A stretch of 61,078 bases of DNA, filler included, from Globobulimina sp. (lineage: Eukaryota): NCBI GenBank assembly GCA_003354225.1. It is 18 parts of 18 records of this genome, joined end to end, with 100 filler letters (N's around TTAATTAATTAA, not from the genome) between each part and the next. Parts side by side here need not be neighbours in the genome. Positions count along the whole stretch, not along the records: positions 47,594 to 50,890 come from PIVH01003158.1; positions 50,991 to 54,286 come from PIVH01003159.1; positions 54,387 to 57,682 come from PIVH01003160.1; positions 57,783 to 61,078 come from PIVH01003161.1; 14 more parts are not named here. One strand, 5' to 3'. Shown one piece after another: positions 47,594 through 58,682 of the stretch (the stretch's first letter is position 1; each line of letters starts with the position of its first letter). The position numbers and the translations under genes are program-made. The notes beneath the pieces were generated by a model that was given only the letters and a program-made list of their open reading frames with translations, did not search any database and had not been told where the DNA came from.

Positions 47594-50500
47594 GAATGTA
47601 AAATTGATATGAAACATTATAAAATTGAAGATGTTGTAAATTATGAATGGAATGCATGCGAAGTATTATTACAAAATTTATTCAAAATGCGATACAATTT
47701 GGCAAATGATACCAAAGAATTGGAAAAATCATTGATTTCATTTTTTCATTCTCGAATATCTTTATATCCTATTTATGATTTAAAAAATGCATGGAAATCA
47801 CAAAAATTATTAATCGGTCTTTACCATGCTTTATATCCGAATAATTCAGTTCAAATAAGTGGTGTTTCTGCTATGCTGGAAATAAATAAAAAATTAGGAA
47901 TAGCCCCAATTTTTTCAGCGAAAAAATTTATAACAATTTCAGCAAAATTAAGAAATATGTACTTAGCATTAATTATGTCAGCAATGCAACAACATAATAT
48001 AAAAATAATTGTGCCAAGAAATATTGATTGGATGATACAATGGGCAAAATGGGCAATACATGATAATGGTATATACATTAAATCTGTGGCTTCATTTCAA
48101 TCAAAGCAAGAAATCATTGATGATTTATGTAAAACAGTTGAAGTTTTCAGTAAGTCTGATTCTGAGCCATGTTGTTTAAGCATTGAACGGGAACAAGATT
48201 TATTTAAACATTTTGAACAACAAAATAAATGTCATTCCTCTAATATTAATGATATTTGCGAATGGATCAATGAATTTATTTCCACAGAATTATCAGAACA
48301 ATTAAATTTGAGAGGCATTATTGATCTTCGTATGCAATGGAATGAGGGATTTATTTTACAATATTTATCAGCTGCGATCAATCCAATATTATTAAACAAT
48401 GCAGAACAATTAACCTCAGTCTCATCATATTATAAAGGACTGTTATGGGCATTAGATTTGCCAGATATTATTCAATTTATTGATTGTGATAATCTGTCCT
48501 ATAATTCACAAGCATCTATTTTAGCTTTTTTATCATTGATTAAGTTGCAAATCAAAGACAAAGGGTGGAATTCACAATATCTTATACCATGGTTAAATAA
48601 TGAAATATTTGCAAATAATAAGTTGTTAACAGCTGCAGTCAAATATGATTTGCAATCTATGTCAAATCCAGTTATATTCAGACAATTAACTGCTGAATGT
48701 TTACGAACAGATATTGAAGCTCATGGCTTTGCTGCTATTTTAAAAGAAATATTTATTAAAAAAGAATTAATTTGTGCGACATCAAAAAACTTAATTATAA
48801 ATATCTTAAATGGTGATGTTGATGCAAGAAAAGCATTATTATATGAATTATTTGCAAAATATAATGGTTTTACCATGCAAAACATCGATACAAATTATCA
48901 AACATTTATTGAGGACATAAAATGTGACAGCGATGATAATCAATTCAAAGCAAAACAAGTATTAAAACATATAAATACATTATTAGTTCCATCACATATT
49001 ATTATCCCACAGGATGTTGATAGTAATCCTACGATTGCATTAGAAAATGTTGCATCACTCTTAAACATATCACACAACTTAAATATAAGTGATATACATA
49101 TTAATAATTTTGGGTTCAAAACATTTGTGATTCAAACTCAACATAAACTAAAAAATATTGGTAATGAATGGTTATTAAATCGGATCAATGGATTATTGAA
49201 TGATCATAAGAACACAATCCATGATTTACACGAAATCATATTAAATCCCAACATATTACAGTCATTACATAACATCATATTTATCCAATCACCAAACGCC
49301 AAAAATGAGTCTTTTCAAAAGTTACAAACAATTATTTTACAAACTGTTGAGAATCCTGATGCATTAAAGGATAATTACAATGTAATCGATGCACACGAAG
49401 TTGCCTGGAAATTATTTAAATGTCATCACAAAATAAATATTTCTGATGATGTGTTAGAACATGAATACGCACAATTTATTACAGAACAAGAAAGGATTTG
49501 TGGTCAACATTTAAAATGGGAGAATGGTGAATTGATAAATTATATCGGTAATCATAATAATAGCAATGAAGCAATGTCATTGGAATTGATATGTAAAGCA
49601 ATTGGCATTCCACTATGTATAGATATGGATAAATTACATTTATATTCAAAATTATGCCAACAATCAATTACTTATTTGGCAGCACAATTATTATTCAAAC
49701 CAAATGCAAACATATTTATTATCGATTGGGTGAATTGGTTGTTGCAAACAAATGATTTAACTCAATTAAATGAGCTGAGAGATATTGTAAATATTGATAT
49801 ATTAAATGAGATAATAATATTAAAACAGCGAATAAATGGGAATGAATATAATAAAGAAAGGCAGAAAGATTTACAAGAGATAATAAATGATTTATGCGAT
49901 GCTGAGAGTGATACCAAAGATATATTTGACATTGATACACTAAAAGAAAATGATATGAATGCTATTGCTGAATTTGGCTGGTTGCTATTCAAATATTTTT
50001 ATGACATAAATGATTTTGCTGTTCATTGTGAATTATTACGTGCTTATTTTCAAAATGATAATGCAAATATCATTGATGTATTTGGTGAAGATTTTGAGAA
50101 TGGAAATATTATTAAATCGTTTGCGAAAAATAATAATTATGATTGCGACACTCAAACTGCATTGAATTATTTATTAAATGAATATGATATGCCATCCTTA
50201 TTTGATTTAAAACAAATCAATGGAAATCTCAAATGTGTGTCCTTTAGAACACGTATTGCATTTTTTACAATATTCCGATTGATTATGATACAAAGACATG
50301 AACAACAAGAATATGAAGAAAAACAAGAATATGAAGAAACTGACACAAAAAAGGATTATCAGATTGGTCAATTTGTAAAATTTGCAGCGGATAATAATGA
50401 GGAATATATTTACTGCGTCATCAGTGGTTATAATAACCATTCAAAATTATATGATGTGAAGACATTGTCAGTGGATACAGATAAAAATAATAATAGTGGT

Positions 50501-50890
50501 GGCGAAATATTTCGATTTATTGCTGATACACAATTTAGATTTATTGAAGAGTTACCTTTTCGAATTGGTGATAAAAATGTATTTGTAGAGTGTGAGGACA
50601 GTGATTATAATTTAAAATGTGTCATTGACTCAGTAGACGACGATGGACTGATAATGGTACAAATATTAGACACCAAAGCCGCACATAAATTAAATATGTC
50701 TGGCGAACAACTAAAAGTTGGATATAATTATTTATCTGCCACTGCAAAACCATATTATTGCACAGATGAGGAAACAAAAAATAATTTAAAAACATTTTTA
50801 CGAAAGTTATTATCTGAAAGCAACGATATGAATCTTTGTAGCAATGACGAATTAATTGTGAAAGTACGAGGATATGTTTTAGATAATTTC
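47594..50890 (+). CDS. Large protein with multiple degenerate calponin-homology-like repeats, incomplete at both ends
   Basis: Stop-free frame across the whole contig. Recurrent WIN/WLN/WVN helices, DL...W.EG.IL..L...I.P, LGIAPIF/LDLPDII/IGIPLCI/YDMPSLFD. Confidence 0.6.
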
Positions 50891-51099
50891 NNNNNNNNNN
50901 NNNNNNNNNNNNNNNNNNNNNNNNNNNNNNNNNNTTAATTAATTAANNNNNNNNNNNNNNNNNNNNNNNNNNNNNNNNNNNNNNNNNNNNAAATTCGTCT
51001 CCCACCCGTCGAAAGAACAACGCGCACCATGGAAATGAACAACGCGCACAAAGTTTTCTTGCAAGTGAAAAAAAAATATGTAATAATGCTAAACATGCA

Positions 51100-51840
51100 A
51101 TGTATTTTATTGATTACACATATAAATTGAATGCAATTGATTTTTTTGCGACACGTAACTATCCAGAAAATCCCCGCAAAAAATCAAAAATACCTTTTTC
51201 TCGATTAAAATATAAAGTATATAGAATACAATCAAACAACCAAAACAATAATAAAATACGAACTGCATTGCGTTTATTAGGAAATGAATTGACTGAGTTA
51301 ATGAAACATATTGGATCCCGATATAATAGATTTAAAAAATATATTGATTTGAAATTTTGTTTGGGAATGAGTGAGATAATGATGTATGATCATAATGGGG
51401 ATCGTCATTGTGATGACCAAAATGTATGTGATTTATCAACATATCTTCCATCATCGGGAGCAGTGTTTATGTGGAATATTTTGGTTAACCAAGTTGTTTC
51501 TGGCAGACAAGCAATAAATAATGGTCATACTACGTCTGTTTGGTCTGCAAAACATTCAATGAGCAGTAAAGTTATATGTTTTAATAATGATAGTTGTGGT
51601 TGTCATGAAAATAATTTTGGTCATCTCGATGTTTATCCAGGAGATATTTTGGTATATCCAAATCCAGATATTGCGTTTCTTGGACATAGGGCAGAGAGTA
51701 TTGGACAAAAAATGCTGCAATGTTAAGCAGATAAAGCTCTTAAATATTTGACAATTCTTTTAATAAATCGTAACCTCTCTGCAAATATAATTAATAAGGC
51801 AACAACTGTGCCTTTCAAAAATTGTAATAATATTAATTGA
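51100..51840 (+). CDS. Putative 2OG-Fe(II) dioxygenase-like protein; TAA at 51724-51726 may be premature
   Basis: RHCDDQN (HxD), GDILVYP...GHRAES (distal His). In-frame continuation ADKALKYLTILLINR follows the TAA. Confidence 0.45.
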
Positions 51841-52008
51841 TTGATTACTTTGGTTGATTGGTTGATTTCTTTACTCGTTTTTGAAACCATTTCAGGAAAA
51901 TATTCTGGTTGAAAATGCAGTAAGTTTCAAGTAAAAAAAAACTTTAAATTTTCAGGTTTCAAGTTAATGTCAACGTGAAGAGGTTTCAAGAAAATATCCA
52001 ACCTGAAA

Positions 52009-53924
52009 TTGACGCTAGTAGTCAGTAAACAGGTTGTCATGTGGATGGTAACAGGCCTTGAACTCAGTGCTGTATCAAACGATCATGCATTAATAAACTC
52101 AGCTAGTGATTGTGTTGAATTAATATCTGGCGCTGTAAATGGCGCTTACGAATCATATGAGGATAAGACATGCAAAAAATCCGATCACAATTGTGTTTTA
52201 GCAAATGATTATTACGAATCGACCAAACTTATTCAAAACAAATATTTAAATAATATTAAATCAATACTTGAGTCATGGAATCAAACCACTGAGCCGGGCC
52301 ATGACCGTGGCTCACTTTTAAACAAAATAAATCAAATATTTAATTGTACAAAATTATCACAAGTATTGACACATTATGGATATTACGACACAATCATTGA
52401 AATACATAAATTTATGCAACTCGACGACACTAAACCGACTGCAAGAAACTTAATTGAAGCTATTGCAGCAACGGAACAGTTTTCCCTGATCTCACTGCAA
52501 CTCTTCCAATCCAAAATAAGTCTGTCAAACGCATTTAATATGATAATTATCAACAATGAATGACAGTAAAATATTGGAATTAATATTTTTCCAGTTCTAT
52601 GGTCATATGATCATCAAACCAATTCAATGGACAGTTCGATCTTCGCATACTAACTGTTCCAGGTCTTTTCAGAAAGCAATGTTTCGAAAAATTCAATTTT
52701 ATCATCAAATTGACCATTTCCACGATAATCATAGAATACAACATATTATATTTGGTTATTTCCGCAAAAATGAAAAAATGCTGCCAAAAAATTGCGCATA
52801 TTTTAACATTCCAGTTCAAGCGATATATTTGCTGGAGTTATTACAATGATAACTGTTCACAAATACAATCCATACAAGACACTATTAACAATATACCGAA
52901 AACCGCAGGACATGAAATGGCACGGTTTTGCAGCACCACTCGATATCAGCAGTTGAAAGCGCAAAATAAATATTTTCAGAAATATTATGGAACTCTATAT
53001 TGTGACTCGTACGGATCCTATCAATTAGAGGATAGGTACAAATATAATTTGTTAGCAATTCTTGGATATTTAATGATGTCAAACGCAAAATGTATTTCTG
53101 AAATGTTGAATTCTGCGCAGAATGAATGGACGTTAAAAGCAAAGTTATCTGCTTTTTATCGAGAACAACTGATAAAATATTATGAAATTAATGAGATGAA
53201 ATTGAAGTTATTAGCTAAACATTTGATAAACTGTGATGAAAATAGCATTGTTTCCATAGGAATTGAATACATCAAAGATGTGTATGATTGCAGTAAATGT
53301 GGCATAAAGGATATTGGCCATGGCTCGGATATATACGTTCCAACGGGAGGATATATGGTTCATTATATTGTTGCAGAAATGCTGGTATATGTTGATGGAA
53401 ACGAGTTGATTGAGGAAGAAGATATCATTGCTATGATTGAGAGAAATGATCGTTTTCCAAAATGTGAGAAATGGAATAATAAAACAGCAAAACAGAAGTG
53501 TGAAACTGCGATTATTTTCCATTATGTCTGCTCAGCGTTGGCGAATTCGTTATATTTGCGGGTATTATCATTGTTAAAATTATCACATATATGTTATACC
53601 AATAAATCATATCTTGTCGGATGGAAATGTTTGAGATATGGATATAAATTGTGCTGGTTGAATGGCAGTATATTGCCATCATTTGTCAATAACAGTTGGT
53701 ATAAATGTTATGCTAAATTTCTCAAAATACGTAAAAAATTAAGATGTGCGCATTGTGGAAAGCGACACAAGAAACTAATGTCATGCACTTCGTGTATGAA
53801 AGTAAATTATTGCAGCAAAAAATGTCAAAAACAGCATTGGCTGCGAATCCATTGTTTGTTGTGTGATAAATCATGGGATATTGTATATGAAATATTAAAG
53901 AAACGGTTGTTTCACAGACTTTAA
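52009..53924 (+). pseudogene. MYND zinc-finger protein with two apparent frameshifts (about 52555 and about 52825)
   Basis: C-terminal CAHC...CTSCMKVNYCSKKCQKQHW...HCLLC. Three overlapping ORFs; the box motif IIFGYFR...NIPVQAIY continues as ICWSYY only after a frame change in an (AT)n run. Confidence 0.65.
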
Positions 53925-53990
53925 TTGAATTGTTTACAAACACTGACCATTTATCTATGGCACTATTTGTTGTATACCGAGTATGAAGAT

Positions 53991-54167
53991 ATCTCTACTC
54001 GAAGTAAACAACATCCCTGCAAACAATGTTATTTATACATATTATTATGACATCTCATACAATCGAAGATGTATAAATACTGCTTCTTTATATCATTGAT
54101 AAACTTTGGGGTATAATATGTATAAATAACATTGTTTGCAGGGATGTTGTTTACTTCCAGTAGAGAT
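53991..54167. repeat. 55-bp inverted repeat (arms 53991-54045 and 54113-54167, one mismatch)
   Basis: ATCTCTACTCGAAGTAAACAACATCCCTGC...ACATATTAT paired with ATAATATGT...GCAGGGATGTTGTTTACTTCCAGTAGAGAT. Confidence 0.95.
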
Positions 54168-54548
54168 CCATATTTTGCAGCTCACGGTGTGAAGCACGCA
54201 TTAAGCATATATTATCACTGAGTGCCAACAATATACTAGTATTCAAAAGATATTATATTTCTTCATGCAAAAACATTATGCTCTAANNNNNNNNNNNNNN
54301 NNNNNNNNNNNNNNNNNNNNNNNNNNNNNNTTAATTAATTAANNNNNNNNNNNNNNNNNNNNNNNNNNNNNNNNNNNNNNNNNNNNTCGGATTTGCCATA
54401 AATTTCTATTATTTGTATCTGTTAATGAAAAAATTAAATTAAAAAATAGAAATTGTACCTCAAACTTTTTTGTTGAAAATAGAAATTGTCATTTAGCGTC
54501 ACCGGGTGTTGAAATCCTGTCAGAGCATGATTTTGACCCTACAATTGA

Positions 54549-55196
54549 TATAATATTATAACCGACGGAGAACCGAATGATAAAAAGAAGTTTGAAAAGG
54601 AATTGAGATATTTGGCAAACAATTATAATATCTTTTTGGTGATCAATTTATGCACAGAGTCTGATGACACTGTTGCATATTATAATGATTTGGATACAAA
54701 GATTGGAAAAGAGTTAAGTGGCTGTGATGTGATCGATGATTTGGAATCGGAGCAGAAAGAAATTATATCCGCAGGGAATACGTTTTTTCTTTATAGTGAG
54801 GATATTCATATTTGTAGGATGGCCGGTTGTTATTCGATTATTGGCGATTTAATGGATGAGCAGACATTGTCTGTGTATCATGCCTGTAAACTATGCAATG
54901 AGTTGTGTGGAATACAGAGAAGTGAGGATGTTCCAGGATTTAATGACAGAAAAAAGTATATTAAATGTATTAAAAGAATGGTTGATGGGAAACCTAAAGT
55001 TTATGACTATGGACAGCGACAATTTGGATCGATTGTTGATGTTGAAAAAGTAAATCGTATGATATGGATTAATGAACCAACCGAGAATGGATGGGATTAT
55101 ATTTATAAAATGATAGTATACTTTGGCTCTAATAACCAAATCCTTGTTGTGTGTATCGTGGTGTTGTTGTGTGCATTGTGGTTGACCAAAAGTTGA
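54549..55196 (+). CDS. vWA-like protein, 3' part with C-terminal TM anchor
   Basis: The frame upstream of the listed ORF reads NIITDGEPND, then INLCTE...YYNDLD...DVIDDLESEQKEI. Hydrophobic C-terminus. The 5' part is unresolved. Confidence 0.55.
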   Translation, partial: YNIITDGEPNDKKKFEKELRYLANNYNIFLVINLCTESDDTVAYYNDLDTKIGKELSGCDVIDDLESEQKEIISAGNTFFLYSEDIHICRMAGCYSIIGDLMDEQTLSVYHACKLCNELCGIQRSEDVPGFNDRKKYIKCIKRMVDGKPKVYDYGQRQFGSIVDVEKVNRMIWINEPTENGWDYIYKMIVYFGSNNQILVVCIVVLLCALWLTKS

Positions 55197-55306
55197 AATC
55201 CGATCACCACAATGAAAAAATAGTTGTTACTGCGGAAATCGACACGTTTTTTGTTAATTGCTATGTCTGCCCACATTGGGAAACACGTTTACATGTCAAT
55301 ATTCAT

Positions 55307-56089
55307 CTATTGTTTCATCGCATCATTAAATTTTGCAGAAACAACAAAATCCTTCATTCCATGTCCATTGTTTTCAACTCGATTCAACTCAAATTTATCC
55401 TGATTACATTTCACAATTAATTCACTGTCTTTTATATTTACAATATTATCCTCCTCCCCGTGGAATATTAACCATTTCTGTGTCTTATTATTATGTGATT
55501 CATATTCTGTTTTCACATTTAACATTTCCGCAATAAATTCTTGTGGCTTTCCCAAATTATAATCCATTTTCTGTGCATTGCAAACACATTTCACTCTCAA
55601 ATAAGCGGGACATATCAATATAGCTGGACCGTTCCAAATATTTTGTTTTATTAATTCAAAAGCAATGGCTCCGCCCCACGAAGAAGAAACAATTAAATCT
55701 GGTTTATATTCCAATATTGCATTCTTTTGTATTTCTAAACAAGAATCAAACGATGATAATACAATGTATCCCAGGATTCGTTTATGGAATATAACAATTA
55801 GCAAAACATACAGAGCTGTAATCCCATATAGAATGTATATATAATATCCATTGCCAACAATAGCAAATATAAACATAACCATCACAACTAGCAATGGTAA
55901 TAAATGTTGTTTCAAAGCTTTGCGTAAAAAGCTGTTCTTTCTTGTGATTTCATACACTCCCATTCTCATATCAGCAGCGTAAACATCAAATTCATGTTTC
56001 AAGTGTATAACTTTTCTTCCCTTTGGGCCACTTTCTAAACCAGAAACATATAACACTTTTAAATCCTTGCCACTGCAGAATAAAGTCAT
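55307..56089 (-). CDS. Alpha/beta hydrolase with inserted TM hairpin
   Basis: SGLESGP, nucleophile elbow SSSWGG, LIFHGEEDNIV, GHG. Confidence 0.8.
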   Translation of the reverse strand: MTLFCSGKDLKVLYVSGLESGPKGRKVIHLKHEFDVYAADMRMGVYEITRKNSFLRKALKQHLLPLLVVMVMFIFAIVGNGYYIYILYGITALYVLLIVIFHKRILGYIVLSSFDSCLEIQKNAILEYKPDLIVSSSWGGAIAFELIKQNIWNGPAILICPAYLRVKCVCNAQKMDYNLGKPQEFIAEMLNVKTEYESHNNKTQKWLIFHGEEDNIVNIKDSELIVKCNQDKFELNRVENNGHGMKDFVVSAKFNDAMKQ

Positions 56090-56149
56090 TATGTGCTGTC
56101 AAAAACTTACTTAAAATTCTCTTAAAACGTTTCTATCTGAAATCGGAAA

Positions 56150-56878
56150 TCACAAAAAAAGAACGGGGATAACATTATAAGTCTTGATGTCACCAATATT
56201 CCTCAATGTGTATGTATCACTTTGATTGGCAGTGCCGCATAGCATAAAAAAATATTCATCAGCCACTGGTATCTTTTGTGTCATCATTGAATACCGTTTA
56301 AAAGTTATCTCATTTCCATATGACTTGTAATACCAAATTTTGTACCTCTTCAAATCGATTTCAATGGTAACAGATTCATTGTTTTTCCATCCACAAACCA
56401 GAGCATTGTATTGCTTTGTCATTTTAGGTAATTTTGTTGAAACGATTCCAAACCAACAATCTGACGATGAATTGTAACCTTTTGAATCATAGCGAATGGT
56501 ACAAAAGTGTACTTTGTCGGCATTATCAAGCTTGCCAACATAAATCGGACCGTTGTTGTATAAAATGTATACACAATGTCGTTTCCCTTTTCTTTGTTGA
56601 GATGTAGGCGCCGCAGATATCATTCTTTGATGTGTGTCATGATGCCATACCTTTGAATCATAACCATATCGATCAAAATAAAATTGTCCTACATGTGTGA
56701 AATAGGCAATGCACAGTTTTATGATCTCAATGGGGATTATCAGATGTTTCAATTCATACTGGATCGTTTGAACGAAACCATGTACTAAAAGTTCGACATG
56801 GTCATCTTGGAACAGTTGTGGTTCTTTCTTTACATCATGGTATACAAATTGCATATTGTTTGCTTGACAGCAGCCCAT
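56150..56878 (-). CDS. Acylated (MGCC) protein with box motif and SPRY-like beta domain
   Basis: MGCC start; LLVHGFVQ...IIPIEIIKLCIAYF; CWFGIV...WKNNESVTIEIDLKRYKIWYY. Confidence 0.6.
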   Translation of the reverse strand: MGCCQANNMQFVYHDVKKEPQLFQDDHVELLVHGFVQTIQYELKHLIIPIEIIKLCIAYFTHVGQFYFDRYGYDSKVWHHDTHQRMISAAPTSQQRKGKRHCVYILYNNGPIYVGKLDNADKVHFCTIRYDSKGYNSSSDCWFGIVSTKLPKMTKQYNALVCGWKNNESVTIEIDLKRYKIWYYKSYGNEITFKRYSMMTQKIPVADEYFFMLCGTANQSDTYTLRNIGDIKTYNVIPVLFL

Positions 56879-56932
56879 TTTGAAAGCAATGTTTTTGTAA
56901 AAAAAGTTGTCCGTTGTCGTTGCTCCGAAACA

Positions 56933-57682
56933 ATGGCGACTGATACAGCTACGGCTCGGGTTGTTGGCACCTTTGAAGAGTATGCAGATTTTTATCGTGA
57001 TAATAATGCAGCTCCGTATCAGCGCATTGTAGAATTGATTCGGAATAATTGTGCAAATTTGTCTACAAAGGCACATGTTTTAGACGTTGGATGTGGTGGA
57101 GCATTTACAATTGATTTATTGCAAAATGAGTTTAATGAAATTAGTTTAGTGGAACCAAATCAATATTTTCGATCAAAATGGTTCAATAAATCGTGGATAA
57201 ATGATAACAAACATATTGTGCATTTGTATCCATTTACAATTGAAGAAACAATAAAAAATAAGTTAATTAAACCGAACAGTATTGATGTTGTTATTGTATA
57301 TCATTCCATTTACCATTTCGACCTTGAGATTTTGGATAAAACCATTCATTCGATTCTGTCTTATTTAAAACCCAATGGAGTTTGTGTGATATCTGTAGCT
57401 GACGATAATGGCAAATTGGCTAAAATGTATCGTATATTATCACCAAATTATAGATTAAGTACAACTGTGGAAAAGATATTGGATGGAATGACAAATGTAA
57501 ATTATACAAAAGAATACGAAATCGATGAATATAATATGACTTTTGATGATCATTTGAGGTTTGTTGAATGGTTATTCGTTCAAGATTGCATGAATCAGAA
57601 TTATTTTCAAAATGGTGCAACAAAGAAACAATTACAGGATGTTAACACTGAATGTCGCAAATTTATTGAAAAATATGCAACA
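56933..57682 (+). CDS. Class I SAM-dependent methyltransferase, 3'-incomplete
   Basis: VLDVGCGGA, LVEPN, IDVVIVYHSIYHF, YLKPNG. Confidence 0.88.
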
Positions 57683-57782
57683 NNNNNNNNNNNNNNNNNN
57701 NNNNNNNNNNNNNNNNNNNNNNNNNNTTAATTAATTAANNNNNNNNNNNNNNNNNNNNNNNNNNNNNNNNNNNNNNNNNNNN

Positions 57783-58514
57783 TAAAAATGTAAAATGTTT
57801 GATGTACGCAATTTTTGATGTCGGATCTTTAGTTTCCAGCACAAAAACAATCAAAATTAAATTTATAAGACTCGTGGAGACAGAGACAACCGCCAAAATA
57901 GTGTTTTTTGCGATTAATGACAAGAATGTACCATCTTTGACGTCATCCTTAACAGTTCGAGCCACCACATATAATTTGTGAACAAATATGACAGATATTG
58001 CCGATGAAACACAGATTGTTAAAAAAAAGACAAACGCGATCACAATGTTGAATAAAATAGGAACAGAGGCATATATTCCTGGTATGATTAGTGTCACATA
58101 AATTATTGGTATCACTATAAATAGACAAATAAAGGCCGATACTGTACTCTTTGATAAGCAAAATGCGGAATGTTGAAATACAAAATACAGCTTTACAAAT
58201 AATACCAACCATAACAGATAGCTTTGAAGGAGATACAGTGCACCATTTGCAAAAGCAATTTTTGTTGATTGATTGCAAGATATTGCCCAAAAAACGGAAG
58301 TGGCAAAAACCAACAGTGCACTGCATAGCGCAATGAATGCATAAATTATTCCAGTGATGAACATAATTTTTGGCGGCCGATGACTTGCGTTTTGCTGGAA
58401 GTTATGTTTAAAATGATATAAGATGGCGTATGTCATCCATGCAGAAAATAGTAAAGCACATATGCCCCAAATAATGTTCAAAACGAACGTTGTTGACTCT
58501 AGACAAGAAGACAT
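57783..58514 (-). CDS. Multi-pass (GPCR-like) membrane protein, 3'-incomplete
   Basis: Six hydrophobic helices before the contig end. Confidence 0.65.
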
Positions 58515-58682
58515 AGGTTGATGAAATTAAATGTTTACTAGAGCACTTTAGAAAAACCTTGAATATATTTAAAACAAGTCGAGAGGAGTAAGATGATTGC
58601 TTATTACAAATTAAATATCACACAATGCATCGAATATTTAATTGCATTTCAATACAAATGTGTCTATACATATACAGTCCAT

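Noticed and set aside
8432-51726. Several in-frame TAA codons (8432, 15497, 15536, 51724) suggesting TAA reassignment
   Set aside because: Long Gln/Glu/Lys-rich ORFs (850, about 1,100, 803 and 655 aa) contain no internal TAA, and conserved genes such as PLAA end at TAA. Sporadic mutation or introns explain these cases better.
51920-52010. Short GTTTCAAG repeats and a 9-bp inverted repeat upstream of the MYND gene
   Set aside because: Too short to distinguish from chance in AT-rich DNA.
56798-57076. Apparent 280-bp overlap of two opposite-strand ORFs
   Set aside because: Likely true starts are MGCC at 56878 (-) and MATD at 56933 (+), which removes the overlap.
3303-57782. Regularly spaced TTAATTAATTAA palindrome about every 3.4 kb, suggesting an array or nanochromosome boundary
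   Set aside because: Always embedded in 44+44 N, stops all six frames, and separates size-sorted contigs, so it is an artificial concatenation linker.
3403-58514. Apparent G-protein signalling cluster (RGS, G-alpha, GPCR-like) and KDZ plus dioxygenase linkage
   Set aside because: The genes are on different contigs joined by size order, so their co-occurrence carries no linkage information.
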